The notes under the pieces were generated by a model that saw only the letters and a program-made list of their open reading frames with translations, searched no databases and had not been told where the DNA came from. From positions 46,253 through 110,252 of the forward strand of contig CAWKKE010000018.1 of assembly GCA_963850185.1 (NCBI GenBank): 64,000 nucleotides of DNA. Reading direction: 5' to 3'. Below are positions 38,940 to 49,165 of this stretch, one piece after another. Position 1 is the stretch's first letter, and every line of letters starts with the position of its first letter. The stretch is from an uncultured Acidimicrobiaceae bacterium. GTDB taxonomy: Bacteria; Actinomycetota; Acidimicrobiia; Acidimicrobiales; RAAP-2. Made by a program: the position numbers and the translations under genes.

Positions 38940-40241
38940 TCAGCCCCAGGCGACGAGGTTGGTGGGGTCGGTCACGACGTCGCCCACGTCCCGCAGAAAG
39001 AGCGCCGCCGCCTGCCCGTCAACCAGCCGGTGGTCGAAGGCGAGGCTCAAGGTCACGACGTGGCGCAGCGCGACCTCGCCCCCGCATTCCCAGGGTCGCC
39101 GTTGCAGCGACCCGACGGCGAGGATGGCCGCCTCACCCGGATTGAGGATGGGCACGCCGGCGTCCACGCCGAAGACCCCGACGTTGGTGATCGTGATCGT
39201 CCCGTCGCGCAGATCCGCCGGTGCGGTGCGGCCGGCGCGAGCCGTGGCGGTCAGGTCGACCAGCGCAGCGGTCAGTTCGCGCAGCGTCAGCTCCTGCGCC
39301 TCCTTGATGTTCGGCACGACGAGCCCGCGCGGGCCCGCCACGGCAATGCCCAGATGGACATACTTCTTCGTCACCACCTCGTCGGAGGTCACGTCCCACG
39401 ACGAGTTCAGGCAGGGGCGGTCGTGCAGCGCGAGCACGACGGCGCGGGCGACGACGGCGAGCGGCGTCACGTGCAGCCCCTCGAAGCGCCGGTTGTGCCG
39501 CAGCCGATCGACCAGCTCCACCGTGGGCGTCGCGTCGACGGTGAGGAAGACGCAGGACTGCGGCGCCGAGGCCACGCTGCGGACCATGGCCTCGGCCATG
39601 TGCTTCTGGACACCGCGCACGGGCCTTCTGGTCTCACGCTGGCCTGCGTCGTGCGCCGTCGAGGCGGCGAGATGCGCGGCCAGGTCCTCGCGCGTGATGA
39701 TCCCGCCCGGACCGTTGCCGCGCACGTCGGCCAGGTCGACGCCGTGCTGGCGGGCCATGAATCGTACGGGCGGTGCGGCGAGCGCTCGGGCCGGGGTCGC
39801 CGGCGTGGGCGGCGTGCGGGGCGTGTCGGCGGGGATCCGCTCCCGGTGCCCGCTGCCGTTGCGGCGCCGGCGGCTCGGAGGCGCTTCGGACGGGCCGTAG
39901 CCCACGAGCATCGGCACCCTCTCCTCGGCCTCGCTTTCGGCTTCGAATGGTGCCGCGTCGGGTGGTGCGGCTTCAGTCTCAATTTCGGCGGCATTGCTGT
40001 TGCTGTCGATGGCGATGAGTGGTGCCCCGACGCGGACGGTCTCCCCCGCTGCCGCCAGCAGCTCGACCACGGTTCCCGAAAAGGGGCTGGGCAGCTCGAC
40101 GACGGCCTTCTCGGTCTCGACCTCCACCAGGACCTGGTTCAGGGCCACCTCGTCACCGACGGCGACATGCCACGCCACGAGTTCGGCGTCGGAGAGCCCT
40201 TCACCGAGGTCGGGCAATACGAAGTGCTGCGGCGGGCTCAT
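38940..40241 (-). CDS. 2-oxoacid dehydrogenase E2 (dihydrolipoamide acyltransferase)
   Basis: Lipoyl domain 'FVLPDLGEGLSDAELVAWHVAVGDEV' and catalytic 'LSLAFDHRLVDG'. The ATG overlaps the E1beta stop (ATGA). Confidence 0.9.
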   Translation of the reverse strand: MSPPQHFVLPDLGEGLSDAELVAWHVAVGDEVALNQVLVEVETEKAVVELPSPFSGTVVELLAAAGETVRVGAPLIAIDSNSNAAEIETEAAPPDAAPFEAESEAEERVPMLVGYGPSEAPPSRRRRNGSGHRERIPADTPRTPPTPATPARALAAPPVRFMARQHGVDLADVRGNGPGGIITREDLAAHLAASTAHDAGQRETRRPVRGVQKHMAEAMVRSVASAPQSCVFLTVDATPTVELVDRLRHNRRFEGLHVTPLAVVARAVVLALHDRPCLNSSWDVTSDEVVTKKYVHLGIAVAGPRGLVVPNIKEAQELTLRELTAALVDLTATARAGRTAPADLRDGTITITNVGVFGVDAGVPILNPGEAAILAVGSLQRRPWECGGEVALRHVVTLSLAFDHRLVDGQAAALFLRDVGDVVTDPTNLVAWG

Positions 40242-41224
40242 GCTGGTTCGAGGCACCGGTCCACCTCGTGGAGAATCCGGTCGGCGTCGGGGAGGAAGTA
40301 ACGCTCTGCCCGCGAGGGCGGGTACGGCGTGGCGAATCCGCCGACCCGGCGGACGGGAGCTTCCAGGTGGAAGAAGCAATGCTCGGAGACCCGGGCTGCG
40401 ATCTCGGCCCCGATCCCGCCGAACACGCTCGCTTCGTGGGCCACGACCAGTCGCCCCGTCTTGCGGACTGACGCCTCGATCGTCTCGAAGTCGACGGGCG
40501 AGAGTGAGCGCAGGTCGATGACCTCAATGGAGGTTCCCTCCGCATCCCCGATGCGTGCCGCCTGCAGCGCCGTCGCCACCATGGGGCCGTAGGCCGCGAT
40601 GGTCACGTCGCTCCCGTTGGTGAGGACCGCCGCGCGGTGCAGCGGGATGTCATTGAGCGCCGCGTCGTCGTTCACCTCGCCCTTCTCCCAGTAACGCCGC
40701 TTGGGCTCGAAGAACACCACCGGGTCGTCGGACGCGATCGACTGTTGGATCATGCGGTAGCCGTCGGCCGCGTTGGACGGGGTCACGACGCGCAGCCCGG
40801 CCGTATGCGCGAAGTAGGACTCGGGCGACTCGGAGTGGTGCTCGACCGCGCCGACCCCACCGCCGAAGGGAACGCGAATGGTCAGAGGCACCGAGACGCG
40901 GCCCTCGTTGCGGTAGCGCAGCTTGGCCACCTGGGAGACAATCTGGTCGAAGGCGGGGTAGATGAAACCGTCGAACTGGATCTCACAAACGGGCCGGTAG
41001 CCGCGCATGGCCAACCCGACGGCCGTCCCGATGACGCCGGACTCGGCCAGTGGCGTATCGATGACGCGGCGGTCACCGAAGTCGCGCTGTAGACCCTCGG
41101 TGACACGGAACACCCCCCCGAGCTTTCCGATGTCCTCCCCCATCAGAACGACCTTGGGGTCACGCTCCATGGCTTCGCGCAACCCTGCGTTCAGCGCCTT
41201 GCTCAAGGACATGGTCGCCATCAC
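40238..41224 (-). CDS. 2-oxoacid dehydrogenase E1 beta subunit
   Basis: 328-aa ORF with 'VVLMGEDIGKLGGVFRVT' and 'VIDTPLAESG'. Confidence 0.9.
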   Translation of the reverse strand: MMATMSLSKALNAGLREAMERDPKVVLMGEDIGKLGGVFRVTEGLQRDFGDRRVIDTPLAESGVIGTAVGLAMRGYRPVCEIQFDGFIYPAFDQIVSQVAKLRYRNEGRVSVPLTIRVPFGGGVGAVEHHSESPESYFAHTAGLRVVTPSNAADGYRMIQQSIASDDPVVFFEPKRRYWEKGEVNDDAALNDIPLHRAAVLTNGSDVTIAAYGPMVATALQAARIGDAEGTSIEVIDLRSLSPVDFETIEASVRKTGRLVVAHEASVFGGIGAEIAARVSEHCFFHLEAPVRRVGGFATPYPPSRAERYFLPDADRILHEVDRCLEPA

Positions 41225-42345
41225 GAGTCTTCGTCGAACCCGGCCAGATAGTCGGCGTATGCATCCTGCTCGGCGTGGAGCAACGGATGGGGATCCGCGT
41301 ACACGTGGGCAAACAGTTCAGCAGGTTCGGGGTCCGGCATGGCCAGACACCCCCGGCGCAGTGCGGCCGCCACCTCGTCCGCGCCGGCCTCGGCGTCCGC
41401 AGCGAACCGGTCGTCGACGAGGCCCTCTGTGTGGAGCAGCGCAGACAGGCGGGCCAGCGGGTCCTTGACACGCCATTCCTCCTCGTCGGCGTGCGAGCGA
41501 TAACGGGTGGGGTCGTCGGACGTCGTGTGTGGGCCCATGCGATAGGTCACCGCCTCGATCAGCGTCGGCCCGTAACCGGCGGAGGCGCGGGCAAGGGCCA
41601 ACCTCGTGGCGGCCAGGACGGCCAGGACGTCGTTGCCGTCGACCTGCAGTGCCGGAATCCCGTACCCCTGGCCCCGCTGGGCGATGGAGGTGTGCGACTG
41701 CAGCCGGACCGGCTCCGAAATAGCCCACTGGTTGTTCTGGCAGAAGAAGACCACCGGCACGACGTAGCTGGCGGCGAAGCCGAAAGCCTCCGCGATGTCC
41801 CCCTCGCTCGTGGCCCCGTCGCCGAAGTACGCCACGGCCGCCGAGGTGGCACCGTCAAGCGTGATCCCGAAGGCGTAGCCGGTGGCGTGGAGCGCCTGCG
41901 CACCGACGACGATGGCGGGGGTGGCGATGCCGTACTCGGCGGGGTCCCAGCCCGACAGCCCGGCGCCCCTCCAGAGTCGGAGCAGGGCTACCGGGTCCAC
42001 GCCACGGCAGTAGGCGACCCCGTGCTCGCGGTAGCTCGGAAAGACGAAGTCGCCGGGACGCAGGGCCCTGGCCGACCCGACCTGGGCTGCTTCCTGTCCA
42101 AGGAGCGGGGCCCACAACGCGAGCTCGCCCTGTCGCTGCAGGGCCATGGCCTCGGCATCGATGCGGCGGACCACCACCATGTCGCGATAGAGGTCGCGTA
42201 GCTGCGCCGCATCGACGTCGGCCACGAGGTCCCAATAGGGGCATCCGACTGTCCGCTGGCCGTCCACCGAGATCAACTGGATCAGGCCGTCAAAGCCCGT
42301 CCACTCCGGCATCCCGTCCGGAACGAGTACTTGCGCCGTGGCCAT
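41221..42345 (-). CDS. 2-oxoacid dehydrogenase E1 alpha subunit (TPP-dependent)
   Basis: 374-aa ORF with 'YFGDGATSEGD' and 'FFCQNNQWAIS'. Confidence 0.9.
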   Translation of the reverse strand: MATAQVLVPDGMPEWTGFDGLIQLISVDGQRTVGCPYWDLVADVDAAQLRDLYRDMVVVRRIDAEAMALQRQGELALWAPLLGQEAAQVGSARALRPGDFVFPSYREHGVAYCRGVDPVALLRLWRGAGLSGWDPAEYGIATPAIVVGAQALHATGYAFGITLDGATSAAVAYFGDGATSEGDIAEAFGFAASYVVPVVFFCQNNQWAISEPVRLQSHTSIAQRGQGYGIPALQVDGNDVLAVLAATRLALARASAGYGPTLIEAVTYRMGPHTTSDDPTRYRSHADEEEWRVKDPLARLSALLHTEGLVDDRFAADAEAGADEVAAALRRGCLAMPDPEPAELFAHVYADPHPLLHAEQDAYADYLAGFDEDS

Positions 42346-42426
42346 CCGGGGCCCCCTTTACGAGCTGGACTCGATTGAGGGCATTTCACCACGGATAAGC
42401 GCTATTGAGCTGGAAAATGACTCAAA

Positions 42427-42440
42427 TCACAGTATTGTGA
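42427..42440. promoter_or_regulatory. perfect palindrome TCACA-GTAT-TGTGA in the AT-rich region upstream of the dehydrogenase operon
   Basis: Read directly at 42427-42440, 82-95 nt upstream of the E1alpha start, inside the only clearly AT-rich stretch of the window. ATTGAG repeats occur at 42374 and 42404. Confidence 0.3.
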
Positions 42441-42508
42441 CGAGTTTCTTGCGCACTTCCGGGAATAGGCGCAATAGGTGGTGACTCCAGCGAGTCGGGT
42501 CATGGATC

Positions 42509-42527
42509 GCCGTCGCCACGCGACGGC
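42509..42527 (-). terminator. hairpin downstream of ku (8-bp stem GCCGTCGC/GCGACGGC, 3-nt loop)
   Basis: Read directly, 6 nt after the ku stop. There is no U-tract. Confidence 0.45.
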
Positions 42528-42532
42528 CGTGC

Positions 42533-43444
42533 TCAGGAGGCCTTGCGGCGGGCGGCGGTCTTGGGCGCCTTGGCGGCCTTTGCCGCTTTCTTGGTCGGTG
42601 CGGCCCGCTTGGCCGAGGCCCGCTTGGTGGCCGTGGACCGTTTGGCGCCCTTCCCTTCGGAGCCGGGGTGCGCCGCCGCCGCGATGCTGGCGTTGAGCGC
42701 CTCCATCAGGTCGACCACCTTGGCCGCGGGCTCGGGTCCCTCTTGCAGCACGATCTCGTGCCCCTGGCGCTTCTCGTCGATGAGGGCCTCGACCTTCTCG
42801 CGGTGCGTGTCGTGGAACCGCTGCGGGTCCCAGTCACTCTCCATCGACTCGATCAGTAACTGCGCCATGGAGAGTTCGCGGTCGGTCACGTCGCCCGTGG
42901 CGGGGAGCTCGAGGTCGCGGTCAGGATTCCGCACTTCGTCCGAGAAGTACATGGTATGGAGGGCGAGGGCGTCCTCCTCGGGACGGATGGCAACGAGGTA
43001 CTCCTTGTTGCGCATGACGAGGGTGGCGATAGCGACCCGCCCGGCCTCGGCCATGGCCCTGCGCAGCAGGGCGTATGCCTTGTCCGCACCGGCCCCTTCG
43101 GGGGCCAGGTAGTAGCTGGACCGGAAGAACACCGGGTCGATGTCGACCAGGCCGACGAAATCGGAGATCTCGATCTGGCGCGACTTCTTCGGCTCCGCGG
43201 ACTCGAGCTCCTCTTCGGTGAGGATGACGTACTCGCCCCCGCCGAGGTCGTACCCCTTGACGATGCGGTCCTGGGGGACCTCCTCGCCTGTCCGCTCGTT
43301 GACCTTCTTGTAGCGGATCCGGTCGGATGTCCCCTCTTCGAATTGGTTGAAGTGGATGCTCTTGTCCGAGGTGGCCGGGTACAGGCCGACGGGGATGTTC
43401 ACCAGCCCGAAACTCAGAGCCCCCTTCCAGATCGTGCGTGGCAC
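42533..43444 (-). CDS. ku: Ku protein (non-homologous end joining)
   Basis: 'RTIWKGALSFGLVNIPVGLYPATS' and a Lys/Ala-rich C-terminal tail. Start taken at GTG 43444. Confidence 0.85.
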   Translation of the reverse strand: MPRTIWKGALSFGLVNIPVGLYPATSDKSIHFNQFEEGTSDRIRYKKVNERTGEEVPQDRIVKGYDLGGGEYVILTEEELESAEPKKSRQIEISDFVGLVDIDPVFFRSSYYLAPEGAGADKAYALLRRAMAEAGRVAIATLVMRNKEYLVAIRPEEDALALHTMYFSDEVRNPDRDLELPATGDVTDRELSMAQLLIESMESDWDPQRFHDTHREKVEALIDEKRQGHEIVLQEGPEPAAKVVDLMEALNASIAAAAHPGSEGKGAKRSTATKRASAKRAAPTKKAAKAAKAPKTAARRKAS

Positions 43445-43510
43445 GCCCAACAAAATACCAGCCCAGAGCCGGTCCACCACCTTGTTACAGCCCTTCGTCA
43501 CACTGAGGCC

Positions 43511-43903
43511 ATGGTGAACGACGCCCCGACCGGCTTCGGACCCGCCCTCCTCGGCGGGCTGGCCGAGCTCGGCCCAGTAGAGCCGTTCTCCGGGGACCTG
43601 TCCCTTGAACTGGGCATTTCCATCTGGCTCCGCACGAGCGAAACGTCGCTGATCTCGGCCCGCTCGGCCCTACTGGCCATCCGCCAGGTGATCCTGGAAG
43701 TCTGCGACCTCGACCCGGCAACGGAACCGGTCCCGCTGGTGGGGCGGTCCCCGAGGTCGGACGTCATCAACCTGGTCGGATACATCTCGGAATTACTGCG
43801 CCGGGCGTCCGCGGTAACCGGTCGCGGCCTGGGCGCGGTCGTCGAGTCCGTCGTGGCGGAGTTACCCGCTCTCGAGTCCGAGCACGAGGCGCTCGGGGCG
43901 TAA
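43511..43903 (+). CDS. hypothetical protein divergent from ku
   Basis: 130 aa from ATG 43511, the 3' part of ORF 42956..43903 (whose 5' part is antisense to ku). No motif recognised. Confidence 0.4.
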   Translation: MVNDAPTGFGPALLGGLAELGPVEPFSGDLSLELGISIWLRTSETSLISARSALLAIRQVILEVCDLDPATEPVPLVGRSPRSDVINLVGYISELLRRASAVTGRGLGAVVESVVAELPALESEHEALGA

Positions 43904-43907
43904 GCCC

Positions 43908-45017
43908 CTAGAAGCCGAAGGCGGCGATGATCTCGCCGTTGAGGCCGGCGGCTGCCTCGCTGCCCAGGTAGGGCGAGACGCCGTATGAGAACACGTCACC
44001 TCGGCCCGAGGCCACCCAGTAGCCCTGGCCGTCGACTGTGGGGAAGATGGCGGTGGCGGGATTGAACCCGTTCACGTAGCCGACCGGGGCACCGAGGTTG
44101 GTCGCGTCACCGAAGGTGGCCACCACGCCGTTCGCGTAGAGCAGCCAGTAGCCGTGCCCGTCAGGCGTGGCCACCGCGTCGACCACCGGTACGGTCGAGG
44201 GGGTCGGCCCGCCGTAGTACGGGGCGTCACCGAAGGCGTAGACGTTGCCGAGGCTCGTCACCAACCAGTAGCCGTCTCCGGTGCGATCCGGCATCACCGA
44301 CACCGCCGCACCGGCACACCCGCCGATGCCGGGGCACGAGCCCTTGAACTTGGCGTCGCCGAACGCGAACACGCCACCATCCGAGGCGACCATGAAATAC
44401 CCGCGACCGGTGAAAGTCGGCACCATGCCGACGATCGGGGCGTTGAGGCTCTGCGTCTGTCCGGATGCGAACGGGTGGAACCCGAGCTGGGGAAGCGAGC
44501 CGTAGTAGGTGGAGTCCCCGAAGCTGAAGATCCCTCCGTCAGAGGCGACGAGCCAGTACCCGTTCCCGGTCAGCGTCGGTGTGATGGCCACCACCGGGCG
44601 CTGCAGCGGTGTGGAACCCATGGAGCCGTGGAAGGCGGCCGTGCCGAACGAGAAGATGCCCCCGTCCGACCCCACCAGCCAGTAACCGTGGGAAGCCTCC
44701 TGCACCGTGAAGCTCTGCGCGCTCCCGGTCGCGCCGAAGTAGTTCGTGCCCTGCGCCACGCTCGGGGTCAGCGTGCAGGTCCCGAATCCGACAAATGTGA
44801 CGGTGAGCCCGTTGCTGCCGACACTGCACACCTTCGGCGTGCTCGAGGTGACCGTCTGTGTGCCGTCGCCTGTCGTGCCCACATTGGGCGTGAAGCCGAA
44901 GAACTCGTTGGCCGGTGCGGGGATGTTGGTGATGGTCGGCGTGGTGGGTGTGGCGCGGCCGATCGTGAGGGTCTGGGCGGAGCCAGAGGCGGCAAGGTAA
45001 TTGGCTCCTGTTGCCAC
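43908..45017 (-). CDS. surface-type protein: Ig-like repeats followed by six 'GYWLV.SDGG.F.FGDA.F.GS' repeats (intact 3' portion)
   Basis: Six repeat units (HGYWLVGSDGGIFSFG, NGYWLVASDGGIFSFG, RGYFMVASDGGVFAFG, DGYWLVTSLGNVYAFG, HGYWLLYANGVVATFG, QGYWVASGRGDVFSYG). The ORF begins in the middle of a repeat and has no signal peptide. Confidence 0.7.
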   Translation of the reverse strand: MATGANYLAASGSAQTLTIGRATPTTPTITNIPAPANEFFGFTPNVGTTGDGTQTVTSSTPKVCSVGSNGLTVTFVGFGTCTLTPSVAQGTNYFGATGSAQSFTVQEASHGYWLVGSDGGIFSFGTAAFHGSMGSTPLQRPVVAITPTLTGNGYWLVASDGGIFSFGDSTYYGSLPQLGFHPFASGQTQSLNAPIVGMVPTFTGRGYFMVASDGGVFAFGDAKFKGSCPGIGGCAGAAVSVMPDRTGDGYWLVTSLGNVYAFGDAPYYGGPTPSTVPVVDAVATPDGHGYWLLYANGVVATFGDATNLGAPVGYVNGFNPATAIFPTVDGQGYWVASGRGDVFSYGVSPYLGSEAAAGLNGEIIAAFGF

Positions 45018-45800
45018 CTGGGCATTCAGCGAGCACGTGCCGACGCCGACGTAGCTGACCGCAAGGCCGCTGGTGGAGCAGACCGTGGGCGTATTCGACG
45101 TGACTGATTGGGTGCCGTCGCCGTTGAGCTCCGTAGGCTGCGTTCAGTGCTGCCATGAAGCCCCCGCCGAAGGTCCCGCTCGGTAGGCAGCATTCGTGAT
45201 GGTCGGCGTGGTCGGGGTCGCCTGGCTACGACGGCGAAGCTGTCTGAGCGTGCCGCTGCCGCACGTAGTTGGTGTCGCGCTGCCAACGTGGCAGTGAGCG
45301 GCATAGTCGGCACTGTGCCTGAGCGTCGACGAACACGAGGCCTTGGCGCCGACAGCGCGACCGGTGTCATGACTGCAGCGTCGACTTCGTCCACATCGAC
45401 GTTCGAGGTGATCTCACCGAGCGCCGTGAGCCGTTGCTGTACCGAGGCTCGAAGCTGCCCGTCCGAAAGTGGCGCTGAGCCGGCAGGTTGTCACGATGGT
45501 CGGCGTGGTCGGAGGTGGCCTGGCCGATGGAGAAGGTCGTCGGCGCCGCTCGCTCGCCGTGAGCTCGCGTAGTTGTCCACGCTGAAACGTGGCCGTAGCC
45601 GTCAGCGAACGGTGCCGACGCCGACGAACGAGGTCGACGCTCACCGGCGCCCGCGGTGCAGACTGCCGTCGAAGTTGGACCACGCAACCGGTAACGCTGG
45701 TCCGGTCGCCGTTGGTGCTCGACCGTTGGCGGTGAAGTCCTCCAAGGTCCCGCTGGCGGGCAGGTTCGATATGCGTCGAGTGGTGTGATCGCCTGACCGA
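44931..45800 (-). repeat. tandem ~270-300-nt DNA repeats encoding the Ig-like units
   Basis: GATGGTCGGCGTGGT recurs at 44931, 45198 and 45495 (spacings 267 and 297 nt). A fourth, degenerate unit follows. Confidence 0.7.
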
Positions 45801-46234
45801 TGGTGCACGGCGTTCGCAGCGGTGCTCGGTCGCGGAGGGACGTCGGTGCCGCCAGCTAGCTGACATCCCCGCTGTAGTCGCGTCGAAGTGAATCGGTCGC
45901 CGGCTCCGAGCGTAGCCTCTGTGTCAGCGGAGTCGGGACGGTGCCGTCGGCGTTCGACGCACGTGTCTGCGCCGCGGCCGTCGGACACGCCGTACAGGCG
46001 TTGCCCACGACGGCGATTACGTCAGCGGTTCCCGCGGCCGTGTGACAGTTGCCATCGCCGGTGACGACCGCCGTGGCGTTCCGGATCCCGGGTACGTAGA
46101 CCCGCGACTGTGTCACCGACGATCGTCGAGTTCCCGGCGGCGACAGCTCGGTGACTGCGAAGATGCCCACAGCAAGCGGCAGCACAGTCGCCAGCGGCTG
46201 CCATCGGCGCGAAAATCCCGCTCTTCTTCGTCAT
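45018..46234 (-). pseudogene. interrupted 5' part of the same surface-protein gene (signal peptide and further Ig-like repeats)
   Basis: In the downstream ORF's frame, '...TELNGDGTQSVTSNTPTVCSTSGLAVSYVGVGTCSLNAQ' precedes the first start, and a TGA sits at 45144-45146. Further 'ATPTTPTIT/TFG/NY.AA' units are visible in other frames. ATG 46234 encodes 'MTKKSGIF', and a hydrophobic 'LPLAVGIFAV' lies in a shifted frame. Confidence 0.5.
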
Positions 46235-46596
46235 CGAATCCTCCCAGTCGCCAAGTTGCAGCGCCGGTTCTCGCCCTGCCGACTCAGGACGCGTGCCAGC
46301 ACGCAAACACACAATTCCAGATCAAATCCGCCACGCACGTCCGCACACTAGAGGGACTTCGTGCCTGAGAACAGTGCCTAGTGGAAGTTCAGTCCTGGAT
46401 CGCCGCCGACGGGAGACATCGACGTCTTCGCAACTCTCGACCTCAACGTGAGATGAAGGGTAGTAGTACCAGGGGTAACGACAGAAATCCGGCAGGTGAT
46501 CCGGCTCTCATCCCGACGCCGGAAGCAGAGGAGGATCCGCGAGGCAGACGGAGAGACACAGCCCACCGCCAGGATGCGGCGTCATGATGAACGCCC

Positions 46597-47425
46597 ATGG
46601 CGACGAAGAGACGGCGCAGACTCATTGCGGGGGCGATCGGGGTTGTCGTGCTCATCGTCCTGGCGGCTGTCCTCGGGCCGTACATCTACATCCACTTCAT
46701 TGAGGGCCCAGCTCCCGCCAAGCTCGAACTGCCCAAGTCATCGACCTCCTCGACCGCCAGCCCGTCGAAAGGTTCCGCTTCTCCCTCGTCATCGCTTGAT
46801 GGAAACTGGAACGTGGGCGCGGGTTCCATGGCGGGCTACCGCGTGCAAGAAGTTCTCGTCGGCCAGAACGCGACGGCGGTCGGTCGCACCAGCAAAATCT
46901 GGGGCTCTCTGGCGATTGCCGGTTCAACAGTGACGAAGGGAACGTTCACCGTCGACATGGCGAGCGTTGTCAGTGACCAAAGCGAGCGCAACGCCCGCTT
47001 CGACGGATCAATCATGGATGTGAGCCAGTACCCGACCGCGACACTCACGCTCAGCCGCGCCAATCGACTTGGGGGCGATCCCAGCGGAAGGCGCCGTCGC
47101 GCACTACGACGCCGTGGGCAATCTCGACATGCACGGGGTGACAAAGTCGGTGAGCTTTCCCGTCACCGCAGAGCGCGTCGGATCATCCATCGATGTGTTG
47201 GCCGATATTCCGATCACCTTCTCGGAGTGGAACATCGCCAACCCGAGCATCGGCGGTTTCGTCACCACGGCGAATAACGGAACGCTCGAGGTCCTGCTCC
47301 ATCTCACGCAAGGACCCGGGAACCCCGTCTCCTCGTCCTCCGGATCGCCAAACCCGGCCGGCGGGGGTGGACCGGTCACTGTGCCCAGTACCACTGTTCC
47401 ACCGTTGCGCGTCCCCTCGAGCTGA
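46597..47425 (+). CDS. YceI-like domain protein with N-terminal membrane anchor (one frame change near 47057)
   Basis: 'SDQSERNARFDGSIMDVSQYPTATLTLS' is in frame 1. The sequence continues as 'PIDLGAIPAEGAVAHYDAVGNLDMHGVTKSVSFPV...' in the 47069..47425 frame. Confidence 0.75.
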
Positions 47426-47592
47426 AGAACATCATCCGGCTCGCGTCAACGTGCACGCAACTACGATAACGGGCGCCCACCGGCCCCGTTGACGCAGATC
47501 GGCTCTGTCTCAGGTTTGTCGGTTGCTACGTCAGAGCTCGAAGTGGGTATGACCAAAAGGTCATCACCCACCAGCTCTTGGAGAGAGGTTTC

Positions 47593-48865
47593 GTGACAAC
47601 CGTCGATCAGCCCCTTGGAGGCCGCCGCAGCAGAGTGGGTCGTTCGGGCTCGGGGCTGCGTCGGCTCAGCGGATGGGGTCCGGCGTTCGTGTCGTTTGCG
47701 TTGGCGGTGGCGTATGGGCTGTACATCGCACTCCGGACCTACGAGGTGGACCTCGGTGTCTATCTGCGACTCGGCGGAAAGTACGTCTTTACGTCCCACC
47801 TGTATTCCTTCGTCCTCCCGAATACGAGCCTCCCCTTCACCTATCCCCCGTTCGCCGCGCTGCTCTTCGCGCCGTGGCAGCGCTCGTTCACAAGTGTCGG
47901 CTTGGTCCAGGCCGTCTGGACCATGGGCAATCTGGCCGCGTTGATCGGCGTGCTCGTGCTCTCCGTGCGTCTGGTCAAGCCCTCTCTCGACCGGGTGGCG
48001 ACCTGGCGTCTCGCCCTGGCGTTGAGCCTGCCCGCCGTGCTCCTCAATCCGGTGCTGATCACGATCGGTTTCGGGCAGGTGAATCTGTTCGTGACCTTCC
48101 TCGTCATGTGGGACCTTCTCAGCGACCGCCGTATCGGAAAGCGCCAGATGCCTCTCGGAGTGGCGACCGGGCTGGCCGCGGCGGTGAAGCTCACCCCCTT
48201 GTTGTTCGTTCCGTATCTGGTGCTGACGCGGCGCTGGCGCGGGGCTCTGACCTGTGTGCTCACCTTTGGAACGTGTGAGCTGGTGTCGTTCGCCGTCTCA
48301 CCGGCCTCGTCGAAGGCCTACTGGACGAAGGCCATCTTCCAGCCGGGCCGTGCCGGAGACCTCACCATCGTCGACAACCAGAACCTCTGGGGAGTGCTCG
48401 ACCGGTTCACGCACGGACTCCTCCCCGATGGCGTCGTGCTGCCCTTGCTTCTCTTGACCGCCGCGCGCCGGGCTCTGGCTCGCGGCGCAGGCGCATCGAC
48501 GGTCGTCACCCTTTCTGGGCGTCCTCATCTGCGCTGTGACGTGTCTCCTGGTGTCCCCGATTTCGTGGGTTCATCACATGGTGTGGGTCGTCCCGGCGAT
48601 CCTGTGGCTGGCGTTGGCGCCCGACCGGCCCCGTTGGGGGCGTCCCATCGCGGCCGCGACCGCCGTGCTCTTCTGGAGCGCGCCCGTCTGGTGGGTCCCC
48701 TACAAGAACACCTCCGATCTCCATCTCGATCCCCTGCAGCTGGTCGCAGGGAATTCGTTCTTCTTTGCGATGCTGCTCTTCCTGGCCGGCGCGACGGTGC
48801 TCGTCATTCGACGGGGAGCGACGCAGGTGGACGAAGGGCTTCGGCTCCAGCGGTTGCCGAGGTAG
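47593..48865 (+). CDS. GT87/DUF2029-family membrane glycosyltransferase (one frame change near 48462)
   Basis: 'LPFTYPPFAALLFAPW' and 'AAVKLTPLLFVPYLVLTRRW'. After '...LLLLTAA' the sequence continues as 'AGLWLAAQAHRRSSPFLGVLICAVTCLLVSPISWVHHMVW...' in the 48536..48865 frame. GTG 47593 is preceded by GAGAGAGG. Confidence 0.75.
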
Positions 48866-49114
48866 GGAGGCGGCGCCGAGCGGCCCTCTTCAGGTGGCGC
48901 TCACCTGTTGTCGGTGCGTTGTTCTGGTTCGAACCGAATTGCCCTACTCCGAGGCGGCCGGGACGTCCAGACTCAAGCGACGAGGGCGGGGTGATTGGAA
49001 GTCTCCGGGGGGATTCGTCACCCCGCCCTCTCTGTCAGGCGGGCCGCTGACGAGAGATCACACACCGCAGGGACAGAACATCGGCCAAGTACCGGTTCTG
49101 TCTCGGTGAACAGA

Positions 49115-49165
49115 GGTGGGGGCCGGGTGGAGGGGCTAGGGGAACCTCGCTTCCCGGCCCCCACC
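49115..49165. other. GC-rich hairpin, 13-bp perfect stem (GGTGGGGGCCGGG / CCCGGCCCCCACC), 25-nt loop
   Basis: Read directly. Lies in an ~850-nt stretch without a convincing ORF. Confidence 0.7.

Noticed and set aside
38415-40301. 628-aa ORF on the plus strand
   Set aside because: It is antisense to the CBS gene and the E2 acyltransferase, with no motifs.
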